DNA from: an uncultured delta proteobacterium
GTDB taxonomy: Bacteria; Desulfobacterota; Desulfuromonadia; Geobacterales; DSM-12255
Direction of reading: 5' to 3'
Assembly (NCBI GenBank): GCA_963787125.1
Contig: CAWBBV010000007.1
Span: forward strand, 416,001 to 480,000
DNA length: 64,000 nucleotides
This document shows positions 49,161 through 58,932 of this stretch, piece after piece; within the stretch, counting starts at the first letter, position 1, and each line of letters starts with the position of its first letter. Position numbers and translations under genes: made by a program. The notes beneath the pieces are model-generated. The model saw nothing but the letters and a program-made list of their open reading frames with translations, was not told the DNA's origin and did no database searches.

Positions 49161-50188
49161 CAGGGGTGCGGTTTCAGCATTACATTCAAAAGCTCGACCT
49201 CTTTCTGACCCTGCTGCTTAAGGGGCGGCTTTCCTGGCGCAAGCTGCGTAATTTTTTAGCCAATGCCACTGCCTACAGGAAGCTTGTCGAGGTGTCAGGC
49301 ACGGCGCCGGCTGTTGTCCTCTTCGATGTCTCCAACCGTTGCAACCTGCACTGCAGAACATGCCGCAGGTCGACAACCGATATCGTCGATCTCTCCGGGC
49401 AGACGGAGAAACCTGTGAAGCTCGGTGACATGGCCCTTGACGGGTATTTGCGAATAATCGATAGCCTTTCTAAGGATATGCTCCTGGCGACCCTTTATGT
49501 TTCCGGCGAACCGCTTCTGAACAGGGAGATTGTGGCGATGGTCGCGCACACCTCCCAAAAGAGAGTTGCTTCGATGCTTTCAACCAACGGGATGCTGCTG
49601 GACGACTCGCTCTCAACCAGCCTCCTTGAAGCCGGTCTTGATTATCTGAAAGTGGCAGTAAGCGGGTTCACCCAGGACGTCTACGGGATCTATCATCTGG
49701 GCGGAGATGTCGCCAGGGTTCTGGAGAACGTAGCGAAATTCGAGCGGATTCGTAGACAGATCGGCAAACGCTGCCTGGTGGTGATTGATTATATCCTTTT
49801 CGAACATAACCGGCATCAGGCGGACGACATCAGGCGTTTCTGCCGCGAAAACGGCATCAGATTCTCGCTTCGCTATGGTCGGACGCTTGAGGGTTCTGAG
49901 TTGCAGAGCCCCGCTGAGAGCAAGCCGCACTATCAACCTAAAACCGGGCCGTGCGACTGGCTCTGGAAGATTATGGTGTTCTGTGCGGACGGCAGGTCTG
50001 TCCCCTGCTGCCAGTTTGCCACCTGTGCCGAGTCCCCTTTTGTGATGGGAGTCGGCGGCGAAGCTGCTGCAACGATTTGGAACGGCACTGCTTACAGGGA
50101 GCTGCGCAGAGTTCACGCAGCAAGCGGGCGCAAGGGACTACCGCTTTGTGACGGCTGCTTTTATTCAGGCATTGATTTCCAGAGTTGA
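49157..50188 (+). CDS. Radical SAM protein with SPASM/twitch domain
   Basis: CNLHCRTC, GEPLL, STNG; C-terminal C..LW...DG...PCC...IWN...C..C. Confidence 0.88.
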   Translation: MTGVRFQHYIQKLDLFLTLLLKGRLSWRKLRNFLANATAYRKLVEVSGTAPAVVLFDVSNRCNLHCRTCRRSTTDIVDLSGQTEKPVKLGDMALDGYLRIIDSLSKDMLLATLYVSGEPLLNREIVAMVAHTSQKRVASMLSTNGMLLDDSLSTSLLEAGLDYLKVAVSGFTQDVYGIYHLGGDVARVLENVAKFERIRRQIGKRCLVVIDYILFEHNRHQADDIRRFCRENGIRFSLRYGRTLEGSELQSPAESKPHYQPKTGPCDWLWKIMVFCADGRSVPCCQFATCAESPFVMGVGGEAAATIWNGTAYRELRRVHAASGRKGLPLCDGCFYSGIDFQS

Positions 50189-52233
50189 TAATGAAAGATT
50201 GGTTCGTCAAATACAGGGTTGAATTTCTCCTTGCGCTGCTGACTCTCGTCATGCTGACAGTAATGGAGTGGAGTCATCCCTATTTCTTTCTACAGGATGA
50301 CAACAGGACCTATCATCTGCCCTACTACGTTCACAACCTGAAAGCGCTTCTGGGTGGTGAGCTCCCTTTTTTTAATTTTAACCAGTATCTTGGCACCCCT
50401 GTCAGCTTCCTTTCTGCGCCGTTCTATCCGATTAACTATATAGCCCTGCTCATCAGCAGGCTCCTTCTCGGTCACTATTTCGGTGCCATGGAGTTTATTG
50501 CCGTTTTTTATCTGACGGTGGCAGCGGTCGGGTTTTACCGTTTCAGCAGGAGTTTTGGCTTGGAAGAGCTGAGCTGCTGTTTTGGCTCAATTGCCTGGGT
50601 ATTTTCACCGTTTGTCATAACAATCGGCAACTCGTGGATTCATACTTTGGGGTTTGCTGCCTATCTCCCGTGGTTACTTCTCTATTCAAGCAGGCAGATT
50701 GGCGAGTTCAGCAGCAAAGACGTCATGTTGCTTCTCTTTTTCAGGCTAATGGCGATTCTGCTCGGTTATCCGCAGTGGTTTCTCTATACGGCTTTCTTCG
50801 AGCTGATTATTCTGGCCACTTTCCTGTTCAAGCAAGCCGGTAATAAATGGAAAGGGTTTAGCAGCGTTGCATTCCGGTATCTAGGCAACTATCTGGCGCT
50901 TCTGCTTGTATCACTCCCTTTTCTGCTGCAACTCGTCAGGGAGTCAAGTCTCTCTTTTGCAAGAAAGAAGGTTCTTGCCTGGGAGGAGTACACACTGTAC
51001 AGCTACCGAATCGGTGACTGGCTTAACGGACTTTTGGCCCCATTCAGGGATAATGGTAACCATTTTTTCGGCGAACTGAATTTTGTTTCGCATATCGGCT
51101 ATGTAACAGTTTTACTTGCACTTGTTGCGCTGTACATATCTAAAAAAAGTGAATTCCGGCGAGAGATTCTTCTCTTTGCACTGCTCTCGCTTTTTTCATT
51201 TTTCTGGTCAGCAGATATAATTATTACGAAAATCTTCTACTGCCTCCATTTCTTCAACAGGCTGAGATATCCGTTCAAACTGCAGTTTTTCACCAGTTTC
51301 TTTCTGGTGACCCTGGCAACCTTCGGATTCAATTATTTTGCAGCATGGCTCAGGGGAAAGTACCGCAGCGGCGCACTCATTATGCTGTTAACCATCCTGT
51401 TGTTGCATAGTCTTAACTTCCTGGTCCTTTACACTTTGCTGCCGCAGCGGATGCTGTCAAACCATCTTGACAAGCCTCCATTCACCGAACAGCTCAAGGA
51501 TCGTCTGGCCGAGGGCAGGATCGTAAGTGCCGGTCAGGATGTTGTCTGGGACGGGGAACGGGTTGTGCCCGGAAACACAGTTCCGACACTGGGGTACAAT
51601 TTTGCGATGCTGTGGGGTCTACACCATTTTGGCGGGTACGAAGCGCTCCTTTCCCAGAAGAATTTCACTACCTCCATGGAGCTGGTAAATAATTCAATCT
51701 TTAATGTTGATTCCGGCAAACCCCTTGATTTCAGTGTTGACGTGCCGTTGAATTACTTGAGGAAGTGGGGCGTCAAGTGGTACGTGGTAAACAGCGCAAT
51801 ACCCATTAAGGGGACTGACGGTCTTGAACTGGTGCATAGTGACCCGTATAGAAACGTTCTCTATGATCCGACGGGAAGACCTTTTGTGTACTGGTCTGAC
51901 GATGTGAAAACCACTCTGCCCGAGGTTCGCTTCCGGTCAAATTCCGTGGAGATATCGACACAAAGGAGCAGTGCAGGTTTGCTGACGGTCAACGTCCTGT
52001 ACAATAGTTTGTTCCGCGGATATCTGGACGGCAATGAGGTTGCGGTGGCAGAGACGGAAGACGGGCAGATGTCCGTGGTAGTCCCGCCGGGAGCACACAA
52101 AATCCGCATCGAGTATGTCGATAACAGCTTCAGCAAAGGGTTGCTGGTCTCCTTGACGCTTTTTCTCTGCGCATCTGTTGTATGGGGCGTAACAAGATTC
52201 AGAAAAACCGCCAGTGCAACGGATCGGCAGTGA
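50185..52233 (+). CDS. YfhO-like polytopic membrane protein (GT-C-like)
   Basis: QDD loop, GELP.FN..Q..G.P....FYP, many TMs, LRYP, GGY, C-terminal A..DG..V....VP.G.H.I..Y plus TM. Confidence 0.7.
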   Translation: MIMKDWFVKYRVEFLLALLTLVMLTVMEWSHPYFFLQDDNRTYHLPYYVHNLKALLGGELPFFNFNQYLGTPVSFLSAPFYPINYIALLISRLLLGHYFGAMEFIAVFYLTVAAVGFYRFSRSFGLEELSCCFGSIAWVFSPFVITIGNSWIHTLGFAAYLPWLLLYSSRQIGEFSSKDVMLLLFFRLMAILLGYPQWFLYTAFFELIILATFLFKQAGNKWKGFSSVAFRYLGNYLALLLVSLPFLLQLVRESSLSFARKKVLAWEEYTLYSYRIGDWLNGLLAPFRDNGNHFFGELNFVSHIGYVTVLLALVALYISKKSEFRREILLFALLSLFSFFWSADIIITKIFYCLHFFNRLRYPFKLQFFTSFFLVTLATFGFNYFAAWLRGKYRSGALIMLLTILLLHSLNFLVLYTLLPQRMLSNHLDKPPFTEQLKDRLAEGRIVSAGQDVVWDGERVVPGNTVPTLGYNFAMLWGLHHFGGYEALLSQKNFTTSMELVNNSIFNVDSGKPLDFSVDVPLNYLRKWGVKWYVVNSAIPIKGTDGLELVHSDPYRNVLYDPTGRPFVYWSDDVKTTLPEVRFRSNSVEISTQRSSAGLLTVNVLYNSLFRGYLDGNEVAVAETEDGQMSVVVPPGAHKIRIEYVDNSFSKGLLVSLTLFLCASVVWGVTRFRKTASATDRQ

Positions 52234-52296
52234 AGGTAATCGTGCAACAGAGAACTCAGTTATGTTGATTGAGTATGTTGAAAGGGAATAATAGCA

Positions 52297-53922
52297 GTGA
52301 AATATTTTACAGCAGGTGAGGGCAGGGCAGTAATGATCGCTGCGGCGAGCGCTTTTCTGCTTACATTTCTGGTCTATTCACGCGCGCTCTTCTGCGGTTT
52401 TGTCAACCTGGATGACCCGATATTCATTCTGAATAATCCTTTTATCAGGAATCTGGACAGCGCTCTCCTCACCTTTGCCTTTACCTCCCGCACGCTTGAT
52501 ATCTGGATGCCGCTGACCTGGCTCTCATTCGCCCTTGATTATCATTTCTGGGCACTGAACCCGTTTGGTTATCACCTGACCAATGTTATGCTTCACGCTG
52601 CCAACAGTTCGCTGGTAGCCTTAATGTCAGCGCGACTTCTCAGTCATTCGCACGTTTCCGACAACAGTGACAGTTCCTCATCGACACTGCTCTCATGGCG
52701 TTTGTTAGTCCCGCTGCTGGCAGCGCTGCTCTTTTCACTGCATCCTCTTCGGGTTGAGTCAGTAGCCTGGGTGACCGAACGCAAAGATGTACTGAACGGA
52801 TTTTTTACTCTGCTTTCCCTGCTATGTTATCTTCGTTTTTCAGCTAAGGGGAAAGGAGGCGATTATTTCTTTTCTCTGGTGTTCTTCGCGCTATCACTTA
52901 TGTCAAAACCGGTGAGTGTCGTGCTCCCGCTGGTTTTCCTGCTGCTTGACTATTACCCTCTCTCCGGAAACTCGACAAAAAGTTTTGCAACTCTGCTGAA
53001 AGGCAAAATTCCTTTTCTTGCGCTCTCAGCGGCGGCAGCGCTTATGACACTCTTTATGTTCAGCCAGAGACAGATGCTGATCGGCTTTGCAAAGTTATCG
53101 CTACTCGACAGAATTCTTCTTTCCGGCAATGCTACGTTTGAGTACCTGAAGATGGTGCTCTTCCCGGTCGGGATTCTGCCCTTTTACGAAATGCCGGACA
53201 TAATTGGGGGGGAACAGTTACTTAAAACGTTGCTGATCTCAATCTTTTTTATCGTTGCCCTGGTGTCGGCCCGGAAAAGACCCTGGTTTTTTACAGGTGC
53301 ACTCTGTTTTCTCCTGCCGCTTCTGCCCGTGCTCTCCTTTTTCCAGAACAACGACGTTGCCTATGCGGCCCGCTACACGTATCTCCCTTCGATTGCTCCG
53401 GCGTTGATTGCTGCTTCCGGATTCGCTGCCGGCCATGATAAAATACGACAAATCTCTGTCAGCTTACGTTTGCTGCCATCAGCCTTCGCATTGAGCCTGC
53501 TGCTTCTTTATTCTGCGGTTACTCCCCGGTTGATAGCAGTCTGGCAGAACACGGAAACCCTCTGGACCAGGGTGATAAAACTTGATCCATCTACCCCGAA
53601 ATACATGGACAGAGGCGTTTACTATATCATCAACAACAGACCCGGGGATGCGTACCGTGATTTTTCAGCCGCCATAGAGCGGCTGGCAAAAAAAGGCAAA
53701 AAGCCTGATCACAATGCATATGCATTCCGTGGCGTTGCTCTTATGGATCTGGAGGACTATGAAAACGCAGAGAAGGATTTTGATGCAGCCCTGGCGCTAA
53801 AACCTCACCCGACATATTTTTTTTACCGGGGATTAGCGCTGCAAGCTCTGGGGAAGAGTCAGGAAGCTGCAATTAATTTTGAACTGGCAGGGCCGAATCC
53901 TCCTGCCATAGACACCTTTTAG
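52297..53922 (+). CDS. TMTC-like GT-C membrane protein with C-terminal TPR (paralog of 46675-48297)
   Basis: FVNLDD, W.PLTWLS.ALDY.FW.LNPFGYHLTN, HPLRVESVAWVTERKD, RYTYLP, TPR. Confidence 0.8.
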   Translation: MKYFTAGEGRAVMIAAASAFLLTFLVYSRALFCGFVNLDDPIFILNNPFIRNLDSALLTFAFTSRTLDIWMPLTWLSFALDYHFWALNPFGYHLTNVMLHAANSSLVALMSARLLSHSHVSDNSDSSSSTLLSWRLLVPLLAALLFSLHPLRVESVAWVTERKDVLNGFFTLLSLLCYLRFSAKGKGGDYFFSLVFFALSLMSKPVSVVLPLVFLLLDYYPLSGNSTKSFATLLKGKIPFLALSAAAALMTLFMFSQRQMLIGFAKLSLLDRILLSGNATFEYLKMVLFPVGILPFYEMPDIIGGEQLLKTLLISIFFIVALVSARKRPWFFTGALCFLLPLLPVLSFFQNNDVAYAARYTYLPSIAPALIAASGFAAGHDKIRQISVSLRLLPSAFALSLLLLYSAVTPRLIAVWQNTETLWTRVIKLDPSTPKYMDRGVYYIINNRPGDAYRDFSAAIERLAKKGKKPDHNAYAFRGVALMDLEDYENAEKDFDAALALKPHPTYFFYRGLALQALGKSQEAAINFELAGPNPPAIDTF

Positions 53923-53970
53923 CTGGTGATGACAGGATTGAATACGCGTTAGACAAGTTTACTCAAAATA

Positions 53971-54345
53971 GTGTCGACAGCAGCGAGTGCAGAGTTTTCG
54001 CAAGAGGTTCTCCGCCGGGGGTATCGCTTCAAGTTGGATTTTCGCGGCAGTGTGAACAGCGTCACATGGGAGTCGCTCGATCATGCCGGGAGGGCAGGTT
54101 GCCGGATGATCTCCTTCGGGGTTGAAACCTGCAGCGACACCTGCAGCGACACCTGCAGCGACACCTGCAGCGACACCTGCAGCGACACCTGCAGCGACAC
54201 CTGCAGCGACACCTGCAGCGACACCTGCAGCGACGAGGGGTTGCGTCTCTTGCGCAAAGATACTACTATTGCCTAGATGAGACAGGTCTTCAGTTGGTGC
54301 CGGTCTCTGTGGATACTACTATCGCGGACTTCTTGATCGGTCTGT
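53971..54345 (+). pseudogene. Fragment of a radical SAM gene (B12-binding class-like)
   Basis: AGC..ISFGVET.S.EGL.LLRK..T, an in-frame TAG, then RQVF.WCR and a shifted TIADFLIGL; no CxxxCxxC. Confidence 0.6.
54127..54234 (+). repeat. Perfect tandem repeat (ACCTGCAGCGAC)x9
   Basis: 108 bp, encodes (TCSD)9. Confidence 0.97.
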
Positions 54346-54388
54346 CTTGCTGCTATGCTGGTGTTTGGGAGAAGGTAATGAGTACACC

Positions 54389-54720
54389 TTTGTTTTCGAT
54401 AATGAGGCGTATCGTCGGGCAATCAGGCTTTTAATGAAACGGATGCGGGAAGGGGGGCTGATTGTTTTCAGTTATCAGTATCTCAAGCGGCTGCTTCAGT
54501 GGGAAGATTACAGCAAATATGTGTCGCCTGAGAGAAAAGGGCTTACCCGCTGGCCTGTAGCCTCTATTGCAATGTTGATACAAACGGTTCTGTTTACCCC
54601 TGTCCGGGACGGTCGGTGTTGTTCTGGTGAAAAATTTCCTCGTTATCGGCTTCAAGGGTGCGTTAGACAATAGAGGTAAGGCGGAGTGCAATTCATGCAT
54701 TGCCTCCTGTTTCACAGAGT
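54389..54720 (+). pseudogene. Degenerate copy of the 3' half of the radical SAM gene at 60992-62035, interrupted by an IS
   Basis: DNEAYRRAIRLL...SYQYLKRLLQWEDYSKYVSPERKGLT versus DNEEYRQAIRHLL...SYQYLKRLLQWDDYSTYVSPDRKGLT; frameshifts; homology resumes at 56543-56560. Confidence 0.85.
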
Positions 54721-56542
54721 CGTTGTGTCAAACTTCTTGACATGTCTTTTTGCTTTTCAGTTCTAATTTCAATGCATTACCAATCAAAGTCTTGCCTCCC
54801 CCCGTGATTCTGGTTAAGAATGCCAGTTATGGAGGGCTAGCTCATGTCGTACCTATCCAAAACTGCCCGGTTTGTTGTCTGGATTTGCTCCAAGTTTACA
54901 AAGACCGAGATTGAACAGATCGTCGTCGGGTTGTCAGATGTCCTCGAAAATCGTAATCCTGAAGTTAAGCCAAAGGACGATTTCAAAGAGAAACATCCGA
55001 ACTACAGAAACTTTATTGTCGATCCCAAGCCGCCACTGACTGAGCCCCCAAAGTTTAAAAAAAAGACCTCGATCAAAAAGACTACCGGCAACTCCTGATT
55101 GAGTACGAAACACTTCACGGAAAGTCTCTTGCTCCGGTCAAGCTCCGGGCGGGTTCATCACCGGTTCCAGTGCATGTCACCTGTCCCTGCTGCGGAGCGC
55201 CAAATACTTATCTCTACTTCAACGACGGAAAGAAGCGCTCTCAAGTTCTCTGCAAGGTTTGCTCTCAACTCTTCCAACTCCAACAGCGCTTCAGAACCAA
55301 CAGAAAGTCAAAGCTCTTCTGTCCCCATTGCGGGCTGGCTCTCTTCAGGTGGAAGTCGCAAAAGGAAGTGACCATCCACAAGTGCCCAAATGATAACTGT
55401 CCTCACCGTATCCAGGCGCTTGCCAAGCTCAATAAAGCCGAGAAAGAGCTGATGAAAAAGAAAAGTTCTCAGTTCAAAATCAACTACCAGTACCGCGAAT
55501 ATCACTACAAACCGGAAGAGTTGGAACTCTCTTCTCCGGACAAACCGCCGGTCGAACTGGCGAGAATCCATAACAGCGAAAACGTGCTTGGCCTGATTCT
55601 GACTTTCTATGTTTCATTCGCCGTTCCGGCCAGAAAAACTGCTCAAATCCTGCGCGAAGTCTTCTGTATCAAGGTTTCTCATCAGACAGTTCTCAATTAT
55701 GCCGCTGGCGCCGCCTGGCACTGCCACCGATTCAATCTCAAGCATAAAGGCCATATCGATAATATCTCTGCAGGTGATGAGACCTACATCAAGATCCTGG
55801 GCAAGCACCATTATGTCTTCTTTTTTATCTCGGCAAAGAACCTGAAAATCTCCGCCTATCACGTGGCCGATAACAGGGGCACTCAGCCTGCCATTATCGC
55901 TATGAATGAAGCCATCAGGACTGCTTCTGCCGATCAGCAAATAACCCTTGTCAGCGACGGAAACCCTTCTTATCCAGCTGGCATTCATTTCATCAATGCC
56001 CAGACTGATGATTCCCAGACGATTCAGCACAAAAAGGTTATTGGCCTCCAAAACCTTGATGCCGAGTCCGAAGAGTACAGATCCTTCAAGCAGCTCGTTG
56101 AGCGGCTCAACAGAACCTTCAAGTATCATGTAAGGCCAGCAGCAGGATTCAACAGCACAAACGGTGCGGTATCTTTAACTACGCTGTTTGTGACCCACTA
56201 CAACTTCCTCAGGCCTCACATGTCGCTAAAATATCTACCACCGGTGCCTTTGCAGGAGTTGAAGGCACTGCCGACCATTCAGGCTAGATGGACCAAGATC
56301 CTCTCGCTAGCTGCCTGACTTCCCGTCTTCAAAGATCAATTTACTGATTGTTGTTTTAATCTGACCAACTATCTCACGTGCCTGGTCACAGAGTGGCTTG
56401 CCCAAAATTCAAGCCAGTAACCACAAAGTAGTGAAGTCACAGTCTGGACAGACTCGGAAAAGATGCAGATGAAGGGCATCGTTTACTTTCGAGTACTTTC
56501 CATTTCAATATCCCGGCTTTTCATGAAACTTTTGACACTATC
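54721..56542 (+). mobile_element. IS6-like insertion sequence, about 1822 bp
   Basis: 8-bp direct repeats CACAGAGT (54713-54720, 56543-56550); imperfect IRs cgttGTGTCAAA / TTTGACACtatc. Confidence 0.85.
54844..56318 (+). CDS. Transposase (DDE, IS6/IS240-like, Zn-finger), probably OrfA-OrfB joined by a -1 frameshift
   Basis: OrfA 54844-55098; A_AAA_AAG at 55059-55065; -1 frame open from there into the 55170-56318 ORF; GDETYIK, SDG.PSY, ERLNRTFK. Confidence 0.8.
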
Positions 56543-56657
56543 CACAGAGTACAATTTCATCCCGAACTCAGGAATATCGGTTTACTGATGCTGACCGCCT
56601 GGGATGCTGGGATTGGATTGAAGGGGTAAAGCTGATAGTTGTAATATCAGATAAGGT

Positions 56658-57692
56658 GTGTCAGTGAAATCTTTAACAGCAAACGGTAAGTCTGATAAGC
56701 CATTCATCTCGGTTATTATTCCGTTTTACAATTCTGAAGCCACATTGCCTCTCTGTCTCGCTCATTTGACCAGATCAGGTTATCTCAGTTATGAAATATT
56801 GGCTGTGGATGACTGTTCTTGCGATAATTCCCGGGAGGTGGCCCAGGCCTGTCCCAGGGTCAGACTGATCCGACAGCCCCGGAATTCCGGTGCGGCCTCG
56901 GCCAGAAACCGCGGTGCAGAGGAAGCCAGGGGGGATATACTGTTGTTCATGGACTCGGATATTCTGGTGGAGCCTGACAGTCTCTTCAAGGTGGTAAAAT
57001 GCCTGGAGAACAGCCGGATAGACGGAGTGGTGGGTCTGCTCGGTCCCCGGATGCAATTTCATAACTTTTCAAGCAATTACAAGAACCTGTATATGCACTA
57101 TACCTATAGCATCCTGCCGTACCGGGTGGCAGTATTCTACAGCAGTTTTGCTGCAATACGGCGGGAGGTGTTTCAGCAGATGGGTGGGTTCGACGGCAGA
57201 TATAAAAGGGCGACTATTGAGGATATCGAGGTCGGACAGCGGATCGTCGGCCAGGGTTATGAACTGGTTATGCCAAAGGACCTGCAGGTGGAGCACCTGC
57301 GCTATTATTCGTTCAGGGGGTTGCTGAAAACAGGCTGTTCCCGGGCGGCCGGTATCGCCAAAATCAGGCTCCGACAAAATTTCAGATGTAAGGCAATATC
57401 TACTTACCAGACCAGTCCAGCCTCCTTCAGATTCGGTATTGTCCTGTCTTTTCTGCTGGCATTCAGTCTGCTGACCTGGTTGATTCAACCGGAGATCCGG
57501 TTATTCATTCTAGCGCTGTTTTTTTATCTAGTGCTGATAATGTTCAATTGGCGATTTCTTGTTTTTCTCGGGAGAGCCAGGGGCACAGGATTTTTTTTCC
57601 GCAGTTGTCTGGCAATGCCGCTCGATATGTTTTCCCATGGTTTGGGCGTTATCCATGGTGTGGCAAGCTATGCCAGAGGGAATAAGTTCTGA
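56658..57692 (+). CDS. Glycosyltransferase family 2
   Basis: SVIIPFYN, VDDCS.D, ARNRGA, F.DSD, GGFD, IED.E; C-terminal TMs. Confidence 0.88.
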   Translation: MSVKSLTANGKSDKPFISVIIPFYNSEATLPLCLAHLTRSGYLSYEILAVDDCSCDNSREVAQACPRVRLIRQPRNSGAASARNRGAEEARGDILLFMDSDILVEPDSLFKVVKCLENSRIDGVVGLLGPRMQFHNFSSNYKNLYMHYTYSILPYRVAVFYSSFAAIRREVFQQMGGFDGRYKRATIEDIEVGQRIVGQGYELVMPKDLQVEHLRYYSFRGLLKTGCSRAAGIAKIRLRQNFRCKAISTYQTSPASFRFGIVLSFLLAFSLLTWLIQPEIRLFILALFFYLVLIMFNWRFLVFLGRARGTGFFFRSCLAMPLDMFSHGLGVIHGVASYARGNKF

Positions 57693-57769
57693 TGCCTCAC
57701 AAAAGTTCAAGATAACAATGCGTTGAATGTAATGCCTGATTAGAAGCAGAGTACATACGAGGTCGGTAA

Positions 57770-58894
57770 ATGGGCTACCTGGATTACGTGAAGTATGGCA
57801 AGCGACTGCTAATAAAACAGGGCAGCCCATTGTACGTCGTTTTCTTTATCACCACCAAATGCAATGCCAGATGCAAGCATTGTCTTCTCGGGAATCAGGC
57901 TGTTGCTACCACAAATGATCTAAGCATTGACGAAATTGAAAAGATATCGGCCAGTATGGACGATTTTCTGTTTTTGCTACCAACCGGTGGAGAGCCTTTT
58001 ATTCGTACCGATATTGCCGAGATTGTGCATATCTTCCACAAAAACAACAGGATACGCAATGTTGTGATCCCGACTAACGGTTCATTGACCGACAGGGTTC
58101 TGGGAAATGTGGAAAAGATACTGCAACAGAACCCCAAACTGACAGTCGGTATCGATATTTCGATAGATGGTCTAGGTGAGTTGCATGACCAGATACGCGG
58201 TGTGCCGGGTTTATTTGACACGGCCGTTACTACGTATAGGGAGTTGCGCAAACTGGCGAAGCGCTACCCGCAACTTAATGTTAATGTTGAATCGACGGTT
58301 TCCAGTTACAATCAGGATGGTTTACCGGAGCTGTACAATTTTCTGGTAAATGAACTGGGTGTCTCAACCATATTTACCCTGTTGACCCGCGGCAAGCCGA
58401 AAGATCCGGCGAGCATTTTTGTTGATGTCGCCAAGTATGAGGCTTACGCCGCCAGGCTGGAAAATGATATTAAAAATAACGTGCTTACCGGTTACAATAA
58501 TTTCCCTTTTTGCGATGTCATTAACGCCAAGCGTATTGTCCGTAACCAGGTAATCGCCCGGACTGCGAAAGAAAACCGCTATATGCTGCCATGCTATGCC
58601 GGCAGACTGGGAACGGCTATTTTCAGCAACGGCGAGGTGTACCCCTGTGAGCTGTTGACAGATCATAAACTGGGTAACCTCCGGGAGTGTAATTATGACT
58701 TTAAAGAACTCTGGTCCAGCCCCAAAGCCGTTGAAGCCCGTAAATTTATCTGCGAGAGCAAATGTTTTTGCACGTATGAATGTTTTATGACCTTAAACAT
58801 CTTGTTCAACCTCAAGATGTGGCCCCAATTATTTAAGGAATGGGCAGCGCTGAAGTTGGCTAAATCCGGCAAGTATTCAGGCCGACTTTCATAA
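57770..58894 (+). CDS. Radical SAM/SPASM protein
   Basis: CNARCKHC, TGGEPF.R, TNG, SIDG...HD.IRG, CYAG...GEVYPC, C.CTYEC. Confidence 0.9.
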   Translation: MGYLDYVKYGKRLLIKQGSPLYVVFFITTKCNARCKHCLLGNQAVATTNDLSIDEIEKISASMDDFLFLLPTGGEPFIRTDIAEIVHIFHKNNRIRNVVIPTNGSLTDRVLGNVEKILQQNPKLTVGIDISIDGLGELHDQIRGVPGLFDTAVTTYRELRKLAKRYPQLNVNVESTVSSYNQDGLPELYNFLVNELGVSTIFTLLTRGKPKDPASIFVDVAKYEAYAARLENDIKNNVLTGYNNFPFCDVINAKRIVRNQVIARTAKENRYMLPCYAGRLGTAIFSNGEVYPCELLTDHKLGNLRECNYDFKELWSSPKAVEARKFICESKCFCTYECFMTLNILFNLKMWPQLFKEWAALKLAKSGKYSGRLS

Positions 58895-58932
58895 GTTCAG
58901 TTATCACTGGCCGCTCACAATGGCAGGAATGC

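Noticed and set aside
54127..54234. CRISPR array
   Set aside because: Contiguous 12-bp units with no spacers; no cas genes in the window
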